Part shown: positions 39,440 through 50,162 of the stretch, in pieces
How the letters are laid out: every line of letters begins with the position of its first letter
Numbering within the stretch: the stretch's first letter is position 1
Program-made: the position numbers and the translations under genes
The notes under the pieces: generated by a model
The model's input: only the letters and a program-made list of their open reading frames with translations
Database searches by the model: none
Told to the model about the DNA's origin: nothing
Assembly (NCBI GenBank): GCA_002104905.1
Contig: MCFE01000191.1
Coordinates: 73,083 to 137,082, forward strand
Reading direction: 5' to 3'
Length of the DNA stretch: 64,000 nt
DNA from: Basidiobolus meristosporus CBS 931.73
Lineage: Eukaryota; Fungi; Basidiobolomycota

Positions 39440-40960
39440 GACATTTTCTGCAAGACCTGACAGATTCAAGAATGTCAGCTTTGTTATTTGGTCAGTAATA
39501 TACATCAGGATGTAGCTTTGTTATAGGTGTATCAGCTCTAAAGTGGCCAAGTAACAGACTTTTCAGTGCCAATATTTTCTTTCTTCAGCAAATGGGATAT
39601 TCCAAGTTGCAAACTCCAGCTCAGGGATCAATTTGGAAGTTGTAATAAGTATACTGACTATATTTGTAATCACATGTCCCTCCCAAGGTAAAGTTGGCAA
39701 AAATCTTGAAGGATGGTCAGGCATGACATTGAGAACTCCTGGGCACTGAATAACTGAACATTGATCTTCAAGTTGAATATCAGGCCTGTTGATCAGCATT
39801 GGAGCTAGAATCTCTTCAGTGTGATATAGACAAGAATTGGTGATTAGCACACTAGGTAATAGGATTACAGCATAGGTGCTAATAAGATTTCTTCAAGGTA
39901 AAGACTATGGTTGATAGCTCCTTCTTGGTGGTAGAGTAGTTTTCTGCAGAGGTTTGCAGGGATCTTGCTAGGAAAGAAATCCAGTGAGGAAGATTTTGGT
40001 CTTCAATCTGATAGAGGACAGCTCCTGACTCAACAGAAGCATCTGTAGCATCAACAAAGGGCTGAGTAAGCTCATGATAGGATATGGTGGGTGCTTGAGG
40101 AAGCAGTTAGCAGAGTAACTCAAAGGCTTAGTCACAAGTCTTGTTCCAGGCTGAGGGGAGATCAGGGCTTTGATGTATTGCACCAAAAGGGAAACTTAAT
40201 GAAAACATGGGTAGTATGTGTTCCCTGAAGCTACTGAATACTCCATGACAATGTTGAGGTTGCTTAGCAATAGTTGGTCTTAGCCATTCAGGAATATTGA
40301 CTAGTTCAACAGGGTCTAGCAGGTAGCCAGCTGTGATGCCTAAATGTTCAAGTAGATTGGTTTTGAGGCAAGTAAAACTGCTCTGTTCAGCATTGAGAAA
40401 TAGTCCAGCTGCTATCAGTTAGTTTATTACATCAGTGACATGTTTTGTATGATCAGCATGATTTGTGGAAAATTTGATGGCATCACCAATTAACACTAAT
40501 GCATATGGTGGATTCTAGAGTGTTCTAGTCATGACACTCTATAACATGCCAGCAAATAACTTTAAGCCAAAGGGAGCTCCCTGTAGCATTCTTTACATAT
40601 TACTTCTATTAAGGCAGTCTAAAGTTAATGATCAGAATAGATCTAAAATTAGTGATAGGGTTCCTCTAAGTCCACCTTGGAGAATACCTTTGATACTGCT
40701 AATGAGGAAATGATATCTTGGAGCTTTGGAGCTATATATTTATCATCTTGTACAAGCTTGTTTAGAGGTCTGGGGCCCAAGCAGGGTTGCTTCTGAGCTG
40801 AACATCCATCAGCATCCTTCTCAGGTGCAGGCATCTTTTTGCATGGCAATGAACTAATATGTATGCATGAAAATGAAGAGCATTGTTTGAGTCTGGAAGT
40901 AATGAGAGCAAGAAAGGGGAAATAGCCAATTAATACATACAAACATAGGGGGTGATCAAG
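39440..40960 (-). pseudogene. pol: Decayed Ty3/gypsy RT-RNase H remnant (further family)
   Basis: LNKLVQDDKYIAPKLQDII...KVFSKVDL (40649-40942); PGVLNVMPDHPSR (39563-39850). Confidence 0.75.
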
Positions 40961-41220
40961 TGTCTTTGACCAGAAAGTGAGAAAACTGGCAGAGAACTAT
41001 TCAAAAGCTACTTATTCATTGTTGTAGTGCAAAATCTTGACTAGGTTTATGTGAAATCTATGGTGTAACTGTTTCAGCAGTTGTGGCACAGTGTCCTCAT
41101 GGAATCAATACCTCTTAGTCATGGTGTTGTAAATTTTTGACTGCCTGTAGATGGGATCAACTATATCACTTTGCATAAGGAGTTTTCCAGAACTCCATAG
41201 TAGACATTGTGATAGTCCGC

Positions 41221-42271
41221 TGTAGTGGGGTGACAGTGATACCCAGTGACAGGTGTGCTCATTCCCATATTTTCTACGTCCCTATTTTGCTACTACCCTT
41301 ATTTTAGCTTTATCCCATTTGTCTTACCTGATTGGTACTATCCCATAAGCTGGTTGACTATCACACCTGCTTACCATATTACATAAGTTATCCCTCACTT
41401 TATGTAAGAAAACTAGCTGTAAGTGCTTCTATATTAGGCAAGTACCCACACCAGTACCCATGACACATCCCTACCATTTCATACCATATATGGTATTCCT
41501 ATGTTACACAGGCTTTATAATACTGATTCCTGATTGGTTGGATGTGCTGAGCCTCTTAGAACCTTCCAGCACCTACTTAGAACATTCATAGGTCATTCTG
41601 ATGTCATTAAGATTCCTATCAATATCCGGAACCTGCTGGAACATCATGATTAGTAATCACTTAAACAGTAACAAAAGTATATAAGGGAGGCTATCCCTCA
41701 ACAATAAATCATCATCCCTTTTATCAATATACCAACTTGTTGATTAGTGTGATCACTGCTACCTGCTGCTACCTGAGCTTCCAACCCCATACCACAGGAC
41801 ACTCCCAGGAAACCATGCTGACAGCCAACTGACCTTGGAAGCACCGCTTGCAAGGAATACTCAAAGTAGGTATCTTTTATTATATTTGATTCTTTCCCGA
41901 GTTTGCTCTTGTACAGGCAAAGACACTTTTCTGTCTTTGTAACTATTGACCACAGCTGTATTCTTATCAAGTCCCTGCTGGTGGAGTTTACAGTTGTTTT
42001 GACTTTGGAAGCTTTAGTACATTGTCATCTCAAAGGATGCTGAACCCAGCACATACTCTTGTTGTGATGCCAATTAAGTTGGGGATTGTAGCTCAATAGT
42101 TTTCCTTTGACAAGCTTGTGGCTTTATTCACCATCACATTAGATTAGAGACAGAACCCAAGTATTCCTAGCAAGCTTTTGCCAGAGGATATTGCACCCAG
42201 TGAACACCCCACACACAAAACACTTTAGAAGTGTTGGATATATCTCTCCCTTGGACCTATACACCACCATA
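41221..42271 (+). mobile_element. Family C solo LTR
   Basis: TGTAGTGGGG...CACCATA, perfect 4-bp TSD CCGC. Confidence 0.93.
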
Positions 42272-43135
42272 CCGCTGATTTTTTGATGTTGTTGCTTTAT
42301 ATGTCTGAGGGATCTCTACTCTGTCTACAATCAAGCACATGAGGTTGGGGTGTGCAAATTTCCTTTCTATGCAAATGCATCTACCTCACTGGAGTGTAAT
42401 GTAACAGGCTAAACTTCCAACTCCTGAGTAAACAGCTGTTGTCTTGGTGGTAACACTTCTTGGCTATTATGGGACTTAGCCTGTTCTGGTCTGATGCCAT
42501 TAAATGGTGAGAGCTGTAGATTTTTCTCACACTTCCTTGCAACTGGCTGAGGTAGGTTTTCTTCACACTTTCTCCAATATTATCAATGCTGGGTCTTCTT
42601 CCACTGCTAACTTGACAGAGTGCTTCTTATATTGCACTATGCTTTCTCCTTGCTGAATGCTGCATTGATTCATCTATTTCTGCCTGCATTTCCATAACCA
42701 ACACACACCCAGCTACCTGAAGCTTCCTTGTCACTGGTTTTAGGCTTTCAGCCCTACCTCTCATGGGCTCCTGGGAAAGGCACCGGCTTTTGGCATTGCC
42801 AGGTCCTTTGATGCTACTTTGGCTCAATACTTGTTGAATTGAGCTACATTTTCTTGTAAATCAATGCTGCACAAGTGCATTTGGCACTTCCTACTAGTCC
42901 TATGCTGGCACTTTTGAGGCCTTCTAGTGCTTTGTTGCCAATTATATAGAGCTTTTAGCCTTGCTTGTGTTGAGCTCTTGAGGAAGCTGCTAGTTTTTAG
43001 CCTTGGCACCCTTCTACTTCTGCCTTTGCTGGTTAATGTTATTCCTGAGATACCTGTCTAGCATACCAATGCTGGCCCAAAATACATTACATGTTTCAAT
43101 CCAGGGTAATGCACATAAGGCAGGTCAAGCTTATT

Positions 43136-44082
43136 AGACTTGTTCTGTTGTGCCATTGAGCATAGTGCCAGAAAGTGCTGTATATTTTGTTATTAGACTT
43201 GTTCCATTGGATAGTGCCACATTGAGCCATGGGTGCCAAATGATGCCATAGTGTGCCAGAGAGGCCAAGTGAGCCACTACCTTGCCACAGAGTGTGAAAC
43301 ATAGATCTGCATCTTCATACAAAGCAGCCCCTGTGTTTCATCCATTGTGTTGGAGAAAATCCATTTTTTGACCTTTTTTTTGGATCAATGTTGTGCAGGA
43401 TGTGTTAGAGCACAAGCAGATTGAAGATATGCATCTGGTACTCAATACCCATGGCACTCTGAATCTAGCTCCTGTAGCTTGTATCATGTCACAAAAATGA
43501 ATGGCACTATCTTGGTCCACTGGTACTATCTGGCACTATAAGTGCTTTGTATAGATGTTACTTTAGGGCTAATATTTAAATATAGTGCCAGATAGTACCA
43601 GTGGACCAAGATAGTGCCATTCATTTTTGTGACATGATAGAAGCTAAAGGAGCTAGATTCAGAGTGCCATGGGTATTGAGTACCGGATGCATATCTTCAG
43701 TTCTCCTGTGCTCTTACACATCCTGAGCTACATTGATCCACAAAAAAAGGCCAAAAAATGGATTTTCTCCTGCGCAATGGGTGAAACACAGGGGCTGCTC
43801 TGCATGAAGATGCAGAGCTATGTTTCACACTCTGTGGTTAAGTATGGGCTCACTTGGCCTCTGTGGCACACTATGGCATCATTTGGCACTCATGGCTCAG
43901 TGTGGAACTATCCAACGGAACAAGTCTATTGACTTGATATTCTAGGGTCATATGCATGTCAATTCTGATCCCAAATTGGCACTGTATGGCACCATCTGGC
44001 ACTCTGTGGCATGATCAGGCACCATCTGGCATGCTATGGCACTATTGGGCACTATGATCAGCTGGAATGATAGAACAAGTCT
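43136..44082. mobile_element. 211-bp MITE (copy 1) split by foldback copy 3
   Basis: agacttgttc...gaacaagtct, TSD ATT/ATT. Removing the 733+3 bp insert leaves 211 bp, the inverse of 46700-46910. Confidence 0.9.
43195..43927. mobile_element. Foldback element copy 3 (733 bp, spacer inverted relative to copy 1)
   Basis: Long inverted arms, perfect ATT TSD. Confidence 0.95.
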
Positions 44083-44329
44083 ATTCTATGTGGCCTTGGG
44101 TTCCTAATGGACCCATGATAAGTTGGCCTTAAGGTGGTGGAGTGCCAGACTCCTGTAGACTCTCAAATATCAGCCCACTCTTTGTCACTACACCAACTGC
44201 TTCAAAAATACTTAATGTCATTTAATTCTTAAGCTTTGGTATAACAACCACAGTCTCCCTCTGCCATGAAGTGACAGACCTCTCTGGGAGCTTTATCTCT
44301 GACTACTGTTGTCTAACATTTACTAAAGT

Positions 44330-46560
44330 GGGTCATCAATGAGTCTTAAATACATGCAGGTGTAATATCCAGGTACAAAACTGTTGTGAGCACTTTTGAG
44401 TATTGACTGAAAAATGATACATTAGCATTTTGTTGTTGAATATAAAGCTGTTTGCCTCATGGACAAGACTGTTTTGACCCTATGCTGTAAGAGAAGTGAA
44501 AAAAGTCTATTTGGCTATTGTAGCAAGCCCATCAGCCATGCAGCTCACAGACAGTCTCCATCAAGTGTAAATGTTTCTGATATATCTGATGGTAAGCACT
44601 ACAAGCAACCAAGTAGTAAGGCCTACTTTGCAGTTATGTGTACCCATGCCTTGGCCTTTGTACTTGATGGATCCTCATTCAAAAAGTACTTTGCTAGCAA
44701 ATCTGGCTGACCACTGAATCTCATCAGCTTGAATCTACACCCAGTTATATAGTATAGGTGGGTCACAGTGACACCCACTGACTGATGGGTTCATTCACAT
44801 ATTTTCTACTTCCTTACTGCTCTACTGCCCTTATCTTGGCAACTCCTGCTGGGCAATCACTCTCATTAGCCTGAATCTGCCACCAATTTAAAGTATCAGT
44901 GCAGAAATCTTATGGTAGTCTCACTGATATTTGGGCCTACATTACTGTCCAGCCTAAATAACAATCTGTATTCATGGCTGGATGAATCTTACATGCTCTT
45001 AAGCATAGTGCCAGTGTAAGGGCCATCATGTCAGAGCACATATACTTATCTGCATTGGCAATTCCCCAGCTATCAACAAGACAGCTGACTTTTTGGGGCA
45101 CAATAGATGGTATTACTGTTAAACATGTGAGATCCAGGTGGTTCAATACATAGCTCACACATATTGTTATTATCCAAACACCAACAGCAAGAGCATAATC
45201 TTACCATATAGAGAATCTGAAGAAGTCAGCTTGCAATTACAGCAGAGCTGGCAAGCTATAAGTAATCAGCCAGAACATGGAATCAATTGAAAGCCAGAGT
45301 TGCATCGAATAGAGGGAATGAATTGAGCAAAAGCATTTGATTGAGAACAATACAATTACTCTTCAAAATATCTGTCATGATCACATGATATCCCTGAGCT
45401 TACATGATCCAGCCAGACCAAGTTGGTGAAGGAATTTCAGTTTCTTCCAGAATATTTTACCACATTGTAGCAGCATCCTCAAGAATATAAGACAATCTCA
45501 TATCAATAGAACATTCTATAGAAGCTACTAATTAGAATATATGTAGCTTGTTACTATATATGGTAATAACAATGCATGAGCTATTTGATTGACCAGCTGA
45601 CCCCTTGCACATCCACATGTGATATTTTAGTCTATTCTTCAGTATGTTTCTATCTTGGCACACTTACTGGGCCAACACCAGAGCCTAATTGATAGTAGCC
45701 TATATCTCTTGGCATCCATATTGCCTAAAAGTATAGGTAGTCCTATTCCCCCTTATATATTCATCAATCTGATAAACACAGATGCTGAATAAACTGCCTT
45801 GCTTTGTGGGTTCACACCTAAGTTGATTTTCAGTCCTGCCTTGCCTAGCTCTACAATCAAGCCTTGTGTCTATTGAGAACAATATTCTTATACCAATGAC
45901 CAAGTAGCACATGGAGCATTTCAAGCTAAATGAGCCCTTCATGATACCACAGAATTTGGAAAAATTGGCCACATATTGCTAAATATCTGCCACCTAAAGT
46001 ACTTCTCACAAACGTCAATCAATATTCATACACATATGCAACAATACAAATGCAAGAACTGGATGAGCTGGGTATGTAATTATTGAAGTAGCCTTCTGAA
46101 GCAACTTCAGCTAAGAGTACATGGGAAGCATTGGGAGTCAAATGCTGGTATCAAAGGAATATTTATCCAGATGCAGATCACTAATAAAAGTTGGGCACAT
46201 CTAGAGCCTTTATGTGAGGAGTTTGTGACAGGATTTGAGCAGCTTTACTATAACCATAAAGCTGTTTGCATAGATATTAGCCACTACTGTGTCCATTTGC
46301 TACTGCATCCTGCCTGGTGAGTAGAGGATTTATGGGTTTGCTTCACCTTTTGGGAGGTCTCTCAAGAGTAGATGTGTAGGGAAATAGGAAAGTGAGTAAG
46401 GTTGCAAGTACTACTATATCTCAATCTCATCCAGAGTGTTACCTTCAAGTGCATGGTGGATGTGATAAGTTGGCATATTGAGGACAGCCAGGAAGAGCAG
46501 AAAAATACCGAGCACAGATGTGCACATTGAAATGCCCATGCGTTTAGCAATAAGAAGCTA
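44330..46560 (+). pseudogene. CACTA/EnSpm-like transposase remnant
   Basis: LISLNLPP...RNLMVVSLIFGP (~44865-44930); YKCKNWMSW (~46045-46075); CEEFVTGFEQLYY...VHLLLHPAW*...FWEVSQE*MCREIGK*VRLQVLLYLNL (46213-46430), matching the F.LYY/H.LLH/W.F..ER.CG/PY.NL pattern. Interrupted by a short C-LTR fragment at ~44753-44850. Confidence 0.82.
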
Positions 46561-46699
46561 AGCAGCCCCAATGTGTGGGCAATCAATTAACAATGCAACA
46601 CTTGGTTGGACACCACAATCAACTAATTTCTGCTTGGACAACTTTACCATACTGTGCTGGGCTCCTTCTGGTTGCAAGCTAATTTCTGCACCTTTCAAT

Positions 46700-46910
46700 A
46701 GACTTGTTCCATCATTCCAGCTGATCATAGTGCCCAATAGTGCCATAGCATGCCAGATGGTACCTGATCATGCCACAGAGTGCCAGATGGTGCCATACAG
46801 TGCCAATTTGGGATCAAAATTGACATTCATATGACCCTAAATTATCAAATTAATAACAGAATATGCAGCACTTTCTGGCACTATGAGCAATGGCACAATG
46901 GAACAAGTCT
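46700..46910. mobile_element. 211-bp MITE (copy 2)
   Basis: agacttgttcc...ggaacaagtct, perfect AAT TSD, internal 10-bp-phased TGCCA array. Confidence 0.93.
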
Positions 46911-46976
46911 AATATGTAATTCACATTAACCAGGAACTGAGCTCAATGATCAGGGGGACAAACACCCAGGAGGAAC

Positions 46977-47381
46977 TGTTGTGCATAACATTTAAACTTA
47001 GCCAATTTCACTCTGTTAGAAAATCCAGTACCCTAACTGATTTTCCCTAACCCAAACATAACTAATCCCTGTTATGGTTTATTTATCACTTCTCAGAAGC
47101 TATTCTTAGCTGTTACACCTGATCAATTTTCAAGTGGTCATTACGTCCTCAACTGATTTACTAAGCCTTTCTAAGGGATTAGTCATCTGAGATCTATCCA
47201 ACCACTTAGTAGTTGCCAAGACATCTGCTGATGAATGATGCAATTTTCATTTATTTCATGCACTTATCAACACCCCAAAAGATTTCAATTAGTCCAGCCT
47301 CTTGGTGCTTACTAACTCAACTTTATCAGAAGAATATAAATAAAGATTACTGAACCTTTTGGTTTAGTGTGTGTCTCAACA
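46977..47381. repeat. LTR-like repeat family F
   Basis: TGTTG...CTCAACA, 405 bp. Inverted homologues at 13011-13421 and 48372-48441. No TSD. Confidence 0.65.
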
Positions 47382-47679
47382 AAATTAAGATTGTGCCTCA
47401 GCAAAATTCAGAATTCAGTAATTCTGTTCTAGTTTCCACCCAAGCCTAGCATATCTAGCATTCCCAAGAACATCAAGACTATCCTGTATAGCAAACCAAC
47501 TCTGTTGCATTTATAGCCCAACTCAACCATATACAAAACCAGTATTAAATCAGAACTTCTCTGCTAATATTTCTGTCACCGTTGACAATTCTAAGATTCT
47601 GTGCTTAGTTGTCACTTAGGCTCAGTTAACTCATGCAAGTGCTTTATTACACTTTTCTCTTGGATACAACAGGAACAAG

Positions 47680-48100
47680 GAGTATATTGGCTGATTACAA
47701 TAAAGTACTTTGCAGATTTTCAGAAGGCACTCACCACTAAGGTGGTGGCAACCAAGCATAAGTTTACAAGATGTGTATCCTGACAGCAATAAAAGGTGTG
47801 TGGCAACTCTGCAAGTATTACACTGAAGTTTTGTAAAGTTGAAGTGATAGATGTGTGTCAATTATAGTGAGTTTGCACATATGTGAGGTTAGTAAGCAAG
47901 AGGCCATAGTATTTTTTGATTCCATCTATACTTGGAATATCCATGGTAGTAGAAGCGGTGTGCAAGTAAAGAGTGGTGATTCTACAGTTGAATATACAAA
48001 TGGTACAAGGGGAGGTAGCATAAAGAAATACCACTTGGTAGATTGATATGATAGCATTATAACAGACTAACTTTAAGCCACCATACTGTCATGATAATGC
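47680..48100 (+). repeat. Unclassified repeat family H (uninterrupted copy)
   Basis: Collinear with 25630-25989 joined to 30673-30710. Confidence 0.65.
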
Positions 48101-48210
48101 CAACAGAAATCTGCAAAAAGGCTGTTGAAGCACTGTTAACCTTTTGCCATATGCAGCAATTATAAAAGTTAGCCAGTTAGGTCTGCCTATATAAATAGAT
48201 TGTACTGCTG

Positions 48211-48366
48211 GAAAGTATCATATTGAGCTATCAGTGCCGAATAATGCCATAGTGTGCTGTTGAAGCAGAGTAGACCTATACTGACCACATACTGTATAAC
48301 ATAACTCTACAACTTTATGCAAAGCAGCCCCTGTGTTTCATCTATTGTGCCTGAGAAAACTCATTT
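48211..48366. repeat. Diverged foldback arm fragment
   Basis: ...atgcaaagcagcccctgtgtttca... matches the arm consensus. Confidence 0.6.
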
Positions 48367-49179
48367 AAACATTTCTGATAAAGTTGAATTAGTAAGAGCC
48401 AAAACCCTGGACTAATTGAAATTTTTTTGGGGTGTTGATAGTGTTGTAAGAGTCTTGGAGATATTGAAAGTGATTGGGGGAACAAGTAGATTATGTGGTT
48501 TTCACTTAATTATTTATTGAATGTAAAAGTGGTATTTATACTTTTACCTGGTCTTGGCATTACAAACACATAGAATAGGTCAAGGAAGGTCCCAACAACA
48601 TGTGTGCAAAGTTTGGGGCTGTCTGGACAACTTTGAGAATTTTCATGTTCTGGGTACCTGGTATTTTGGTGAAAATATTCTAAGTAAATCCCAACAAGGA
48701 ATTTTGGTCAGTATTCTCTAGGATTTGAAGGTAATGATCTAAGTGACTAAGTTAAGTGAATATTTGGGTGGAAATACAAATTTTACAACACTCCCACTCA
48801 GCTAAATGTTCCTACTGATTAGTCCTAATTTTGACCTAAGATATTCAAACTTGTCTCTGTGGTAATGGAAAGTATTCCATTACTACAATATCTCTAAACC
48901 AATATTGCACTCATTTCTTTATTTTGCTTTTTGCTATTGTAACACACAAGAGAAAGATCAAGAATTTCCAACTTTGAAGAGCAAATGCTCCAGACCCTGA
49001 CAGCAATCCACCCAAGAATATTATGTCATACAGAACACGTAGTAGCCAACACATGTTTCAAATTACAGCTCATTTGAAGCAGTACTTAAGGAGTTATGAC
49101 CAAAAGAGTCCAACTATTATATATACTATGCCTTATTGCTAGGATTACTATGGTGACTTTGATTGCGTGTAACTTTTGA

Positions 49180-49325
49180 ACCAGCCAATCAAATCACGTG
49201 AAATTTTCACAGGTGCTGCGCCTATGTCCGATCTGCGCCACTGCAAAAATTTTAGCTTCGTATCACGTGTATTGCTTGCGCAATCGCCCAAAAACTTTGA
49301 TCCTTCAAAATTTTCATATATATGA
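49180..49325 (+). promoter_or_regulatory. Putative LTR-B promoter core (CCAAT, two CACGTG, TATA-like), locally CpG-rich
   Basis: CCAAT 49185-49189; CACGTG 49195-49200 and 49264-49269; catatatatg at ~49315. Function is inferred only. Confidence 0.45.
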
Positions 49326-49535
49326 CTTCCCCAGCTGAAAAATATAGAGAGAGCCTCTCTTTCCAGAATCTCCACACTACAATTACAAGTTTAAAGGTTA
49401 TAAGACTTCCCCTGCATCACTTGCACTGTTGAGTATTCTGACTTTGATCGGTACTACATCAGTAAAGAGACTGCAAAGCTCACAAGAATCCAATCTAAGT
49501 TCTACAAGAAACTACCACTTTTCTGTCGGAAAAGT

Positions 49536-49782
49536 CCCCTCTAAGAAACCCCTTTACTCTAAAGACACCCCTTTAGAGACCCCTTTAAGAAACCCCTTTA
49601 CTCTAAAGAAGCCCCTTTAGGCACCCCTTTAGTGTAAAGTCCACTTTAGAGACCACTACAAGAAGCCCCTTTACTCTAAAGACACCCCTTTAGACACCCC
49701 TTTAGACACCCCTTTAGACACCCCTTTAGGTCTAAAGACCCCTTTAGAGACTTCTACAACACACCCCTTTAGGTCAAAGGGG
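49536..49782. repeat. CCCCTTTA-core micro-array inside LTR B
   Basis: Includes four tandem ACACCCCTTTAG units at 49682-49729. Length-variable versions at ~4337-4600, ~55528-55750 and (reverse) ~58205-58315. Confidence 0.9.
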
Positions 49783-50162
49783 AGTTCAGAATTTCCATAT
49801 TAGGAAATATTTTCTCACAAAGGAAAGTGACTTCCAAATAAGGAAAAGTTACTATAAAAGTAAATAAGCCCATTAGTCGACAGAAGGTCAGAACACTGCT
49901 GTAGAAGTGATAAACACTGCCTACAGTATATTTTGAGCCCAAGATTGAGAAAATTAGTGAAAGTTATATCTTCTATCGGTATATCAAGCTCCCAATAAAC
50001 TATTTCAGTATTAGCATACTGGAAGTTGTTGTATATTGTTGATTAGCCTCTACATTGTAGAACAAGCCCCAAACTAATCATAATACAACACAACAAGAAT
50101 TTGGTGGAGGACCTGGGTAGTTTGAACCTTTCACTATACAAGCATCAAGAAACGTTACAAGA

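Noticed and set aside
46381-46400. Classical CpA-directed RIP as the cause of decay
   Set aside because: The diagnostic changes I could polarise are mostly at CpG; a formal spectrum was not computed.
49148-49620. Near-identical small ORFs repeated at 55139 and 58183
   Set aside because: They lie in LTR B and recur only because the LTR does; no domain is recognisable, and the frame is lost in other copies.
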